DNA of 63,498 nucleotides, the filler included, from Dirinaria sp. TL-2023a (Eukaryota), in assembly GCA_051941275.1 (NCBI GenBank). It is 16 parts of 16 records of this genome, joined end to end, with 100 filler letters (N's around TTAATTAATTAA, not from the genome) between each part and the next. Parts side by side here need not be neighbours in the genome. Positions count along the whole stretch, not along the records: positions 23,997 to 27,875 come from JAVEBF010001948.1; positions 27,976 to 31,849 come from JAVEBF010001949.1; positions 31,950 to 35,817 come from JAVEBF010001950.1; positions 35,918 to 39,782 come from JAVEBF010001951.1; positions 39,883 to 43,740 come from JAVEBF010001952.1; 11 more parts are not named here. One strand, given 5' to 3'. The position numbers and the translations under genes were made by a program. Positions 26,839 to 39,961 of the stretch are shown piece after piece. Positions within the stretch are counted from its first letter, which is position 1. Every line of letters begins with the position of its first letter. The notes beneath the pieces were generated by a model that was not told the DNA's origin, made no database searches, and was given only the letters and a program-made list of their open reading frames with translations.

Positions 26839-27386
26839 GATAATTGGGAAGCGAAATGAGATTAAAGGAAGTTCGCAATGACCAGACAAGCAGAGCAATG
26901 AGCTTGTCCGAATGGGAGAGTATGAATTAGCTGTAGAGTTCGGAAAAGTCACAATGGAGCTTGAACACATATAAAAAGTTTGTTTATTCATATAAATCTA
27001 CACGTTTCACCGGGCTCGGGAAGGCCATTGCATTCAATTGAGTCACTCGTTTTCAGATGATCAAGGGAACGTCATTCTTGACGAAATTCCAGCGGTAAGG
27101 TAAGGGGAGAAGGAGACCCTTATCAGGAAGCTCCATTTGTCGTGCCGATAATAACCGACACGCTACCGTGCTTTGGTTTGTGGAGGCGATGATGTTTTTC
27201 GAGGGGCAAGAAAACAGTTGACGAATAACGAAATATAAGAAGAACCATAATAAGGGAAGGCATGTTCACATGACGACATGATTGACCGATAAGCAAGATT
27301 GTGGGTTCTGGTTCCAGCAGGTGCGGTTAAGGTGGGAGGAGGCCAGGGTGATTGGCTGTTTCCGGGAAAAGGACAGGATAAGGTGG

Positions 27387-27831
27387 TGCATAAAGCTGCA
27401 TAAAGCTGCATAAAGCTGCAAATGCAAGTGCGATGTGCGTCGAACACTCTCCAACAGACCAACACTCGGACCTCGAAAGCTGCTGGTCCTGCCTGGCCTG
27501 CTTTTGATTGGTACGGGTAGCGCACACCCAAGTGTCTCTAGCGTGGCCGGCTGACCGGCGACCACACAGCCAGCACGTGCTGCTTACAGCATATTTCGAA
27601 GTCTAAGTAATCTCCGTCCACTGCGTACGGCCTTCCAAGTTCCAGGCTTCCAGGCTGCCAGGCTGCCACTGCCAGGCTTCAGCTGCTACTGTGCTACCTT
27701 ACCGTTGCATGTACCCAGTGCCCTGTACCCAGTGCCCTGGACCCAGTGCCCTGTACGGAGGTACCCAGTGCCCATGGTAAAATGAAACAAGTGGAACCAG
27801 TGGAACCAGTGGAACAAGTGGAACAAGTGGA
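27387..27831. repeat. Cluster of short tandem repeats upstream of the ARO8-like gene
   Basis: (GCATAAAGCT)x3, TTCCAGGC-type repeats, GTACCCAGTGCCCT-like x4, GAAC[A/C]AGTG x5. Confidence 0.85.
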
Positions 27832-27975
27832 GATCAAGCACTCACCGTCAACATATATGTAAGCCACAGCTTACCNNNNNNNNNNNNNNNNNNNNNNNNN
27901 NNNNNNNNNNNNNNNNNNNTTAATTAATTAANNNNNNNNNNNNNNNNNNNNNNNNNNNNNNNNNNNNNNNNNNNN

Positions 27976-28144
27976 TTGACGATATGCGATATGCGCAAGT
28001 TGCTTCGAGAGCATTGCTTTGCAATCATTGCTTGGATATTCAATGCTTGGAAATCAATGCTTTGAAATCAACAAAGCATTGCTTAAAAATCAACAATGCA
28101 TTGACCTAGATGGCAATATCAGCAACGCACCCGATAGGCATCTA
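27976..28144. repeat. Repeat-dense terminus, possibly a DNA-transposon (hAT-like) end
   Basis: Multiple CAATGC/GCATTG motifs in both orientations ending in ...GGCATCTA. The partner end is not in this contig. Confidence 0.35.
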
Positions 28145-28319
28145 GGCACTTCCCCCTAGCCCTGCTAGACACTATCTTGTCCCTACATTCATGCGCGGTG
28201 CTTTTCGTCCGAGGCATAGCAGAGTCATCGCTTTCGACAGAATTAGAATGTCGCTGCTGCCGCCTCTTGAGATGAACAACACCCCTCATCTTCTAGCTGT
28301 TCTGAGTGCGCGACGAGAG

Positions 28320-28449
28320 TGTCAAAGACCCAACCTTGGTTAGATAGGTTTCCCAATGGTAAAAGTCCCGGCAGCGCCAAAAGACTAACTAAACCAAGTC
28401 AAGGGACTTGGTGCCTATCTTACTACTTAGGTGTTCCAGGGTCGTAACA
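28320..28449 (+). mobile_element. 130-bp mini-LTR-like element; TSD GAGAG
   Basis: TGTCAAAG...CGTAACA flanked by GAGAG (28315-28319, 28450-28454). Confidence 0.95.
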
Positions 28450-28865
28450 GAGAGAAGAGTGAGAAGTTCTGACATTCGTCGCGACTGATTCATGTATGAC
28501 AGAAACTTTTAACTGTGTGATAAAGATAAATCTCACTTGATCGAGCGTAAAATAAACTATTCTCGCTGTACTTTTGAAACTCTGTAGAACATATGCCTGG
28601 AGAAATGCTCCAAGATTAGTAAGTCATGATTTACAAGTTACTTAATATTGTAGATAGAGAACGTTAAATCTTCAAAACCGAAGTGCCTGAACTGAGTTTC
28701 ATTACGTAGGGTGTTTCACCACGCCAGGATAGAGTTTACTAAGTTATTCCATTTCCCCTACTGCTAAGCTTAACGATGTAGCGTAATGCGCCCACAGCGC
28801 CTAAGCACCTCTACGTAACTACATATCCTGCATGTTTAAGAGAATCTAACTTACCTGACATACTA

Positions 28866-29460
28866 TGTCGGTCGTGGGGCCCGCAAACCTTCTCAGATTG
28901 CCTGTAATAAAACTCACAAACTGCTGCTCAGCCTTCAGAACACCAGCAGGTTCACGTCGTGGCACCACGATCACCACCAACCTTCACGAAAAAGTCAAAT
29001 CTTGCTCCTATGTAACTTCTCCAGTCAACGACCCATTGGCAATCGCCGTTGCTACTTTATTTTTGCTCTTCCCCCAACCAGTCTGCTCTTCGCCGTATCG
29101 TATAATGACCACTTTTCTCTTCAGTACTCTTCCCAACCAAGTGCAAATCTATCCTTCTTGCGCCAAAAGTCATAAGACGTGACCTCAGCGACCTTAGCGA
29201 CCTCCTGACCTTCAATAGAAGCAGACGCTTTCTTCTCCAAAACCCCGCAGGGTTCTGCGGCTGAAGAACTGTGAGCCACTCCTGACTAGTGAGCAGATAC
29301 GTCTAGATATCTGATTATAAACCTTTTATCAATACCCATAATGATGTTTTCTTCTGTCTTCTGATTCTGCTTGTCGATTTGTTGCAATCACTGTCGAATT
29401 CGTGAGTGCTCAACAGTCGAAAGACGATGAAAGAATCTTGAGTGCTGAACGTGTCTGACA
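28866..29460 (+). mobile_element. Possible ~595-bp LTR
   Basis: TGTCGG...CTGACA ends and it lies among repeats. No TSD; the 3' part is CC-depleted. Confidence 0.35.
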
Positions 29461-29965
29461 TTTTTCAGCTTTCGATCTTATTTTTGTGAGATTGAGATGA
29501 GTCTTGCACAAATCTACGACTGAGTAAATCTGATGCTCTGCCACGTTCGTTACGGCCAAAGTGTCAAAAGTAGTGTTAGTAAGGATTCAAATTCTAAACA
29601 AGCGCATAATAGAAGAATTCTCCGAAATGCTATCTGCTGAACTCAACATGCATTTAACTTTATACAAAAAGACAACTTGCATGTATTTCTGACTCATCAT
29701 TGAAAATAACAATACATGCAAGAAGGTTTTATACATCTATCGCGATTCTTGAGAATATCTTCTTTCTATCGATTACATTCTCGTTCGAACAAAAGTATCT
29801 TTTGACGATTGAAACATTTTCATTCTTCGAGATTCGAATGATCTGAGAGCGCTCTAGAGAAATAGAGCAGTCTAAAATATTTTACGCATCGTCAGTCTCG
29901 TCACAATCATCTCACAGTATAGCATGAGTAATGTGACATATTTCGAGACAGACTTTAGTAGATGA

Positions 29966-30098
29966 TGTCAAAGACCCAACCTTGGTTAGATAGGTTTCCC
30001 AATGGTAAAAGTCCCGGCAGCGCCAAAAGACTAACTAAACCAAGTCAAAGGACTTGGTGCCTATCTTACTACTTGGTTTTGTTTCCAGGGTCGTAACA
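29966..30098 (+). mobile_element. 133-bp variant of the mini-LTR-like element; TSD GATGA
   Basis: Same sequence with a small 3' indel, flanked by GATGA (29961-29965, 30099-30103). Confidence 0.95.
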
Positions 30099-30579
30099 GA
30101 TGATGAAAATATTCAGTACATAAAAAGATTCGTTGCGTAGTCGCAGATTATCTGTATGTCGGAGATTTGCACTTTTCGTTGAACATCGTTTTACGCAGCT
30201 ACTCGTGAAGACTTGCAGAAGCTCATGTTTGATTGAGAGATGTACAAGTCCTTGGCATATACGTTCGAAACGTGATTGTTTAAGATCTTCTATAGAGGAA
30301 CAAGAGGAATGTGACTGCTAGAGACAATTGTACTTAAAAGACGTATGAATTTCGATCACGGTCTAATACGAATTTATCAAGCCATAGAAGCGCTTGCATG
30401 AAAAATTTGAGGGATTACGATGTAAACGCCCACACTTTAATTAGTTAATGTACTTGGATTCAATCTCATAGAGCAAGTTTGATATTTCTTAGCAAACGCG
30501 CGGAGGCTATTCTCATCACTGTATCTGGCTAATCCATAGCATAGTGCTTTTTCTTCTTCAGGGGTAAGCCGTTGCTCGT

Positions 30580-30721
30580 TGTCAGAATCTCACCCGTGAT
30601 TAGATAGATTTATCACATGGAAGTCTTGAATTAATCAAAAGACCAACTAAACCAAGTCTCTGACTTGACTGCCTATTCTAATACATACATACCTGCACTT
30701 CTTGGATGCAGGCCCGCGACA
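30580..30721 (+). mobile_element. 142-bp diverged relative of the mini-LTR-like element; TSD CTCGT
   Basis: TGTCAG...GCGACA, shares TTAGATAG and CAAAAGAC.AACTAAACCAAGTC...GACTTG..GCCTAT. CTCGT on both sides. Confidence 0.88.
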
Positions 30722-31021
30722 CTCGTGTGTATGAGCAATATTCAATATCTATAATCGTTGAAACTTCGTAATTACAGACTCGAGTCTCTGATCTCGCGAT
30801 GCATGATTCGAAATAGATACTTCTGCTCGAGGTATTATTTGTAGAAACTGTAGAAGAGGGTATGTAGTAGATAATATAGAACCAGAAGTAGAGTAAGAAG
30901 CAGAACATCTCAGAAAAATTGAGTGTAAAAGCATACGAATTGAGAAAAGATATATTGTCGTATATTCGTCATCATATCATGCATGCTGCTGCAGCATTCG
31001 AGCAATTTCAGAATCACATGT

Positions 31022-31849
31022 TGTAACAGTGATACCTGATACATTGGTATATATTGACCAATGCAGGCTAGCGCCGCTTGGCAGCCGGGGGTGCCCAGAG
31101 GCAATCCTTCGGGGTCTGAAGCATGGCTAGCGTCGTCTAGAAGTCAGCGTCGGAAGGTTGAATCCCGAGACTAACTAGAAGTCAGTGAGCGATTGACGCT
31201 TATAGAGCATTGTGTCTACGAGCGCTCGTGACCCGTCAGCGCGGGGCTCGTCACGGTGAGGTAATGTTAACGCTCGCGGTTAAGTATAGAGGATCACTCA
31301 CCCTTTCGAGAAAAGTTCTTAGTGATTAGTTCTAGCAGAAACTACAGTATGAGGTAGTCATATAATCTATTACACTGCTACGTCTTTCACACACGTACTG
31401 CGTCGACGGGTAATCGACGCATACGACCTTACAGTTCTAATCACTTCAATCTTTTGAAGGGAAAGACTCGAAGTGTAATAATGATGACGTCTTCGCGTGA
31501 AGTGTCAGAGTCTCAACAATCGAAAGACGATTTTGAAGTCGTTTCGAACGATCGCTCGCTCTTCGTCGCCGCGACTCTATCAAACGACGCTGAGTCAAAC
31601 AATAGTCCGAATATCTTACGAGATGAGCTCGCTCAACGCATTCATGACTTGAAATCTCAAAATCAGCTGTTACGAAATCAACAACGATTGCGAGATCTGA
31701 AAAAAGAGAATCGTCAATTAAATAACGATTTTTGTCTGAATTCGTCGATTCGACGACGTCTTTCTCTGTTAGAAATAAAAGCATTAAATCAGAGAAAATG
31801 CGTCTCTACAAAGAAAAGAGTCAAATCGAGCATATTAAATGATTTAAAG
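31022..31849 (+). mobile_element. 5' LTR (31022-31433) and decayed gag start of an LTR retrotransposon
   Basis: TGTAA...TTACA with a TATA-like motif, immediately followed by a Pro/Gly-poor coiled-coil ORF running into the contig end. Confidence 0.65.
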
Positions 31850-32595
31850 NNNNNNNNNNNNNNNNNNNNNNNNNNNNNNNNNNNNNNNNNNNNTTAATTA
31901 ATTAANNNNNNNNNNNNNNNNNNNNNNNNNNNNNNNNNNNNNNNNNNNNAAAGATATATGGTAACAATCACTCTACGGTGTCAGGCTGTTTCATTTCTAG
32001 CATATGCTCTTTCCACGGTTCCGACTTGTCCACTAAGCTGGATGAGTACTTTGGCAGGATTCCTGCGATTTTTGATTCAGCAGCTTACCATCATCCGTAT
32101 TATCACACTACCACTCTTTTCACAATTAATTGTGCCCAGACATTATCAAGCATAGCGGAGGTTCTCTTAACGGACCAAACATAAGTCTCCATTTTGCTAT
32201 ATGTTGCCGAGCGAATCACTGATCAGGCTGGCCGGTGCCGAGCAAAGCACAGCAAGCCTAACCGAAAGCGCCTCATCGGACCTGTGCTCTTTTTCTCATT
32301 TGACCTATTGGAAGTGCTGCCAACGGTGATTATTTCAGTATTCAACCCTAGACGGCATAACGAAGCATGAGCAGAAATTCGAGAGTGAATAATTCACTAA
32401 TTAGGTTAGAATTGAGGTTGTTGTAGAAATTGGGGAAGCACTCTCGGCTACGCTTACTATTTTGCTCACGGCGAGGCTGACTCGAAGATGGTGCAAAGAG
32501 TGGGGTTCGCCAATTCGTTGCCTGGATGTTGATCATATATGTCTTACTTCGTCACTTGAACCAATTTTCGACTCCTCCCTTGAGTTACAAGTAAC

Positions 32596-35019
32596 ATGAC
32601 TCCCAACAGAACCCATGACATATCTAATACACCTTATCATGTCAAAGATATTGAAGCGTTCGGAGATATTTTGAACAATGCCGCCACCGCGGCTTTTCCT
32701 AACCGCGGACAATCTCGGTACAAAGAAGTCCACGCCTTGTTGCTGAGCTGGGAAGATGACAACCTCGGTGTTATCAATGAGGTCACTGAGTTAGATGGTG
32801 TTTTCCGTGATTTGTATTCCTTCGAAACTGAGGAGTGGAAGATCCCGAGCGATAGTTCCCATCTCTCGCTAGCTGCAAAGATCATTGGCTTTGTAAAGGA
32901 CCACGGGTCAAATGAGAATCTGTTGATTGTTTATTACGGTGGACATGGAGAAATGAATGATGACAGACAATGCGTGTGGTCATGGTCAGTACAATTCAGC
33001 GTTATCTGTCCTAAAGCGCATCATACTCCCCGGATTCGAGTGGACTAGCACGACTACCTTGGCAAATGTATGATGCTGCATGTAGGTATTAATACACTGC
33101 ATAGCTGCATCGAAGTCTGGCAGTCGATAAGCTTTAGCTTTCAGGCATACACGGCATATTAGACCCCAGCTATCAGTGAGCATATGACACTGAGACGCTT
33201 GTTACAGCACCGAGAAAAGAGACTCCCCAAAGATCCAATGGTTCGGGCTTCAGACTATGCTGGAGCAGGCGAAAGCCGACGTATTGCTACTTTTGGACTG
33301 CTGCGCTGCTGCTAGCTCAGCCACAGGCAGTGGTAACGGTGTTACAGAGATAATAGCTGCTTGCGGCTTTGAAGCGTGGGCGCCGGGTGTGGGGCAGCAC
33401 TCCTTCACTCGGAGTCTCATTGACGAACTAAAATACCTTCATCGAGGCTCTCCATTCTCAACATCGTTCCTCCATAACAAGGTTCTATCTAGGGTCAAGT
33501 ACTGGAAACCTAGGTATGCTCCAGAAGCTACACATCATGAGATGAGAAAATCACCTATCTACATTGTGGTCTTAAATGAGACTAGACCTAGAAGTATAGT
33601 GTTAGAATCCCTCAAACAGCCATTCCGGACCAATGCGGTTAGCAAAGCCTCTTCTTCAAGCTCACTATCCCCAGCAATTGCTTTTTCCTCGCTATCGAGT
33701 TGCGAAGGCGAAGCTTCGACGGCTGAGACTGCTCTGGAGTCTAGTAACTCGTCCATTGGTGACGTCTGGCCAGACGGTGGTTTCAGCCATCCCAAGGTTC
33801 TTATCTCTGTAGCCCTGGAAGAGGAACAATGGCTCTCCCCCCACCAATGGACCGATTGGATGCGCTCCATCCCTGCATTGGTAAAACAGGCGAAGGTGGA
33901 AGGCGTCTATAAGAGCGACTCTACGCTGCTTCTGGTATCGTTACCTATAGCAGTCTGGAACCTCGTACCGCCACACCCAGCGATTCTATTTGTCGGCTTC
34001 TTACGGTCCCAGAATCTGCTCACTACTGGAACGACCATTTCACCGACTGATCAGGCTCATATGACGCCGGAGGACCCGAACCTATTTTATATGGCAAACC
34101 CATCAGATTATTCAACCAAGACTTACGCCCGGGCTTTGTGTGACTACAAGCCTAAACGGAAGGCGGGTCTGCAATTTGGCAAGGGCGATATGATACTGGT
34201 CGCGCAACGATTGGGGAGTGGTTGGTGGAATGGATTGCTCGGTGGTACCAGCGGATGGTTTCCAGGCGCTTGCTGCGAAGTGGTCATAGAGGGTAATGCG
34301 GCAGTTAAAGATGGACAGATGGAAGCTTCAGAGGTTTGGATACAGCACCTTAGAGAACTCCTCGAACGGTTCCAAAATCGGAACCAAATACCCGTCACAA
34401 CTATTGGAAACCTGTCAACCGGATTGCGTGAGTGCGAGACTACCCTGAGGGCACTGCAAGAATATGTCATACCAACCCCAGACCCTACAGACGGCCTACT
34501 CATTCAATCCCTCGTGAGTATTGATATAATCTTACGAAATTTACTTAGAACTAATAGAAGTACTAGCTGCGCCGAAGTAGTCGGCGGATGGAAGAAATAT
34601 CGCGGCTACCAGGAGCGGCTGATGATGGTAGCAAAGACTCAGAGCGGGCGACCGCAGGCTCTGCGAAGGCGTACAGCAAGTATGGAGAGAAACGGTATTG
34701 GGCCGCACCTACATCCCCTGGGGCGCAACATTCACAGACGAGAGATGCACACACGCTAGATGCAGCCGCTGCGGAGTTTCCAATAGTTTCAAGATCTACT
34801 GAGATGCCAACTCCATACAAGCGTGAAAACGAACAGGAAGGACTTGACCGTAACGTTTATGGGACACCCATCAAAACCAAGTCGAACCAATGGTGGTGCT
34901 CCAATTGCCTCAAGGGTCCTATGACCCATAAATTTGATGTTGCGTGCGTTTTTTGTCACCTTAAGAAAGGCACAAAATGGCATTCCGAACGTCCACCTAG
35001 GCCTAAGAATAAGAAGTAG
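32596..35019 (+). CDS. Caspase-like (clan CD) domain + SH3 + C-terminal C4 zinc-finger protein
   Basis: ALLLSWEDD, LLIVYYGGHG, VLLLLDCCAA, FTRSLIDEL; SH3 YARALCDY...GWWNG...GWFP (~34124-34290); WWCSNC...CVFC. Introns at ~32985-33207 and ~34514-34566. Confidence 0.72.
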
Positions 35020-36017
35020 TATACCTACGCAAAAGGGGGCTCAAGTACGGTTTTTTGTCACTGTCTTTTCGATCATGTATGAAGATTTGGACATAATAAC
35101 ACAATCGAAGCACCTGTACTGTTTTGAGTAACTACCGTCCTCCCAGTTGCACTATGACACAACGCCAGAGCACCTGTTGGCCATGAGCTAGATCCTATTC
35201 TCTGAAACATCTGTATTATACCACAACTTTCATCTATTAGTTAAATCTATGATGTCTTACACTACGAAATTAATAGCTCGTATCCTGAGCATTGTCATCA
35301 CGAAAGTCTTCCTCAGCCAGTGTAGGTTCAATGGCTCCTATCCTGTTCTCCCTTCATTGAATTTCCAACATTATTCCCTCAATCTTTCTTTCTCTTTCCA
35401 AGCGTAGCCCGGACCCAATTTGGATCTTGTCTAAGCACGAACGTCCCATCGAAGTTCGTAAACATTCAGAGTATACTTTAAGTACAGTATATATAAAAAA
35501 ACTAAGTGAAGCTGAAACTTAGCAAATGGTATTCCAAAAAACCACAACAGGAAAGAATCCGACACCAGTCATCCATCTCAACCTCCTAATCGTGGCGATA
35601 GCTTAGATTGATGCTCACATTATTTCAGGTCTCCCTAACGAAATTCTCTCTTTAAAACCCTCTTCACTCAAGGAACCCACTAAATCAAAATAAAACAGCC
35701 TCGCTGGGTCTAATTCTACAGGCGCTCTGTCCCTCTTGTGCATGTCCCTTCAGACTATCAGTACTTTCGACCTTTTGCTATCTCAGAATCAGACATATTC
35801 ATTTCTCTACACTTGATNNNNNNNNNNNNNNNNNNNNNNNNNNNNNNNNNNNNNNNNNNNNTTAATTAATTAANNNNNNNNNNNNNNNNNNNNNNNNNNN
35901 NNNNNNNNNNNNNNNNNGTCTAGGGCGAGTGAGAAGATTGGGGATAAGGATGCGAAGAAGTAAGGTTTTGGGGGATTTGGGGATTTGATACATGACGCCA
36001 AAACCCAAATAAAAATT

Positions 36018-37802
36018 TCAAGCTCGCCAAATCGCATCCGCCACCTTGACCACCTGTCCCATTTCCCGCACATCATGCACCCGCAGCACATCCGCTCCCC
36101 CCTGAACAGCGGCGCACACCGCTCCCGCCGTGCCCCAGACCCTCTCTCTCGCTTTCTGAACCCCCGTGATACGGCCTATGAACGCTTTCCGGCTCGCGCC
36201 CACCACCCACGGGAAGCCATTCAACCCTTCAAAAGCCCTCAGCTCCGCAAAGCGGCGCAACAGCTCTAGATTCTGGGCTTCGTTCTTCGCGAACCCGATC
36301 CCGGGGTCGAGCATGATGCGCCAGCGTCGGATGCCAGCCTCTTCGGCTACGGCGACGCGAGCCTGCAGTTCGGTGCCTACGCCGTCGAGGACGCCGTTCG
36401 GGTAGGAGGTTAGTTTGTTCATTGTCTTTGGGTTGCCCCGCATGTGCATCAGGATCACCGTGCAGCCGAGTCTGGCAACGGTGGGCAGCATTTCGGGATC
36501 CATTTGACCGGCGGAGACGTCGTTGATTATATTTGCGCCGGCTTCTATCGCTGCTGCGGCGACTGATGCGCGGTATGTATCGATTGAAATTGCCATTTTG
36601 TCGAATTGTCGCTGGGAACGGATGGATTTGATCGTAGGGATTACGCGGTTCAGTTCTTCTTCGGTTGTTACCTCTGCGGCGTGTGGTCGCGTTGACTGGC
36701 CGCCGATATCGAGGATCGAGACACCGGCTTCTAGGGATGCTTCGAGGGTTGGGAGAAGAGTGCGGGGGTCGGATGTGTGGATCCCGCCGTCGGAGAATGA
36801 GTCTAGTGTCATGTTCATTATGGCCATTGTTTTGGTGGATTTCGTGGGTAGAGCAGAGAGGATTGGAGGTAGGGCCGGGCAGATGGGTGTGGTTGGTGAG
36901 AGCTGTTGAGAGCTTGTTGGTAAATTGTGGAGAAGCGTTCGAAAAGAGGGCATCGGTGTTTTTGAAGGGAGTATTGCATCGGGGATGAGGCTAGAATCAT
37001 CAGAGGTGTGGCTCATGGCGTATTTCTACTGACAGCTTACTCGCACAGTGGACGAAGGACGAATTCCCGCTCGGATATCCCCTTATGAGGTATACAGAGA
37101 TGCTCGAGTTCCACCCTCTCGTTGCCATATAACAGAATATCGATATCGATGCTACGAGGACCTTTATCCACCAACTTGACACGGCCGAGGCTTTTCTCTA
37201 TATCCTGAATCTTGACCAGAAGGTCTGTTGGGCTCAGGTTCGTCTCAACCTACATTTGAAAAGGCGCAATTAAATATCGGATACCAACGCTGCGTCGGGG
37301 ACTCAGGATCTCTTACCTGACAAACCCCATTGAGAAATTTATCCTGGTCCTCGACGTACATCGGTTCCGTTTCGTAGAGATGGCTGGTCCGTAGCACGCG
37401 AATGCCCCCATCTGTCATTGACTGGCAAGCGGCTTCGATCATTGCACCTCGATCTCCAAGGTTGCTTCCTAAAGCGAGATAGACGTCGCGATGCGTGGAT
37501 GATGAACCAGCCTCTCGAACCGTGCATCGCGGAGCTTTGTCGTATATCGGGCGATCCATCAATCGGTCGGTATGTAATAGAGGGACATGAGAAAAGGTAG
37601 CCCTTGGCGTTTCTTGGTTTCCGAGAGTTTTAGGCTTTCCCCTGACAATGCTGTAAGATGCTGCATTGAGAGTCGTGATGGGTGAGCCCAAGCAGATTGT
37701 GGATTTATTCTCAGGATGGTTGCCGTAAATATGTCTGACCCCATTTCTCAAGATATTGTTGTGGCGAAATCTTAGATTTTGGAAACAAGACTTCATCGTC
37801 AT
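36018..37802 (-). CDS. FOL1: Folate synthesis protein, HPPK-DHPS fusion
   Basis: HPPK YLALGSNLGDR...LYETEPMY, GPRSIDIDILLY; DHPS DSFSDGG, DIGGQSTRP, ISIDTY, LMHMRG, DPGIGFAK, GASRKAF, RVHDV. No DHNA domain recognised. Confidence 0.92.
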
Positions 37803-38342
37803 AGATGTTCTTGAACAGATATGTTGACATGCCGCTCAGCCCACTGTCAACGACTCGCCACCTCAATGGACGTGCTGTTGATACGCAAGATATTCAAATT
37901 ATTTTTAAATAGATATCTAGGCCCACTATTTCGCATTCGCAATGGGAAGCCATGGGACCGACCGTGCTGATCGCGACACCCATCAGCAGCGATTTTCTTC
38001 AATCCACGGATTGGGGAAGGGTTTCGAAGCTGCCTGGCTCGATGCTAAGGTGAAGCCGCTGTTGGTCGATACCCTCTCAGCCTCTCGGGAATATTGCTGT
38101 CGGATAGAGATTTCGGCGAAACAATTTTCCAACCCGCGTTCTGCTACGTCACAGTGCGGGCCCCTCCCAGATTTACCTCGGCAACTTTTCGATTAGTACT
38201 CGTATATTTCGAATTCTCTGCGTCTTTGCCTTGCTTCCCAAACCACCGCTCCCTCAGTATTCTGCTCTCTCATTATTAAAGGGAAAAAGTCTCACTGTAC
38301 GTCTCTGAATAACGCCAGACTCGTTCGATCACCTACGCCAAA

Positions 38343-39645
38343 ATGGCCTCACCACGTAAGCCAAGATTCTCTCATATGCCCCATGAATCTGACTGATAAC
38401 TTGTTTAGAGCAACTCCGTACGACAACAACCGATCTTCTCAAGATCAATCACCCCGTTCTTCTCGCCGGAATGAACGTCGCGGCCGGACCCAAGCTCGCC
38501 GCGGCCGTGACGAACGCTGGTGGGCTCGGAGTCATCGGTGGAGTCGGTTACACGCCAGATATGCTGAGGGAACAGATCGCCGAACTCAAAGGTTTCTTAA
38601 AGGATAAAAATGCGCCATTCGGCGTAGACCTTCTCATTCCACAAGTAGGCGGCAGCGCACGAAAGACGAAGTAGGGCGTTCTCAAGCATCAGCCCCGACG
38701 AGGAGATGACTGACTGTATCTTGTGCAGCTACGATTACACTAAAGGCAAACTCGATGAACTTGTGACTATCATCATTGATAGCGGAGCAAAACTGTTCGT
38801 TTCTGCGGTAGGGGTTCCACCGAAGCATGTCGTCGAGCGGCTACACAAAGCCGGTGTCCTGTACATGAACATGATTGGGCATCCAAAGCACGTGCAGAAG
38901 TGCCTTGATGTCGGGGCTGACCTGATATGCGCGCAAGGTGGTGAAGGAGGAGGTCACACCGGTGATGTACCCACAACAGTACTTATACCTACGGTAGCCG
39001 AGATGGTGAAGGGCCGGAAAAGCCCTATGACGGGCGATCAAGTACAGATCGTGGCTGCGGGAGGACTGTTTAATGGACAGAGTTTGGCTGCCGCGTTGAT
39101 GCTTGGTGCAAGCGCTGTCTGGATTGGCACAAGATTCGTGCTCTCGGAGGAGGCTGGAGCACCAAAAGCACATCAGGAGGCTGTCCGGACGTCGAGCTTT
39201 GATGATAATGTCCGGACTGTCATCTTTACGGTAGGTCATCGACAGCTTCTTGGCGCCCACTTCATGGTATTCGCATGCCATACTACCTCCTTTTTTCCCT
39301 TCAAGGCCATTGTTTCTCGAACTAATTTCATTCTTCAAGGGCCGTCCCCTGCGCGTGCGCAATAACCCGTACATTGAGAATTGGGAGACAAATCGCTCCC
39401 AAGAAATCAAAGACCTGACCGCCAAAGGGACAATTCCAGTTGAGCATGATTTCGAAACCCTAGGAGACGAGATCGACGACGATACTATGGACAACGCTCG
39501 TCCGTTCCTCATGGGCAAGGCGGCTGCGGTTGTCAATGAGAAGAAGAGTGCCAAAGCAATCGTCGATGAGATGGTTGGCGATGCTGTAAAGTGGCTAGGG
39601 AAGGGGGGCAGTATGTGTACAGGGAGTGTGAAGAGCAGGCTATAA
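38343..39645 (+). CDS. Nitronate monooxygenase (2-nitropropane dioxygenase) family FMN oxidoreductase
   Basis: LAGMNVAAGPKLAAAV, AQGGEGGGHTG, VAAGGLFNG, VWIGTRF, PFLMGKAAA; three introns. Confidence 0.93.
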
Positions 39646-39961
39646 CAGGGACCGGGAGCAGGACGGGACATGGTAGGTAGGGTTGGGTGGAAACACTGAT
39701 AAACTGTAAATAGGACTTTTCGCGTTGAGTGAGCTGTACCTCATTGCCTTTGAAACCTTTTTCTCATCACCAACCTTTGACANNNNNNNNNNNNNNNNNN
39801 NNNNNNNNNNNNNNNNNNNNNNNNNNTTAATTAATTAANNNNNNNNNNNNNNNNNNNNNNNNNNNNNNNNNNNNNNNNNNNNGGGATGAATGGTTGAAAC
39901 TACTATACATATGCCAACGCATCATCCAGATATATTCTTCAGCCGAGAAAAACGAAAAAAA

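Noticed and set aside
29520..30560. Decayed coding-like DNA between mini-elements
   Set aside because: No motif recovered in the plus-strand frames I translated; left unassigned.
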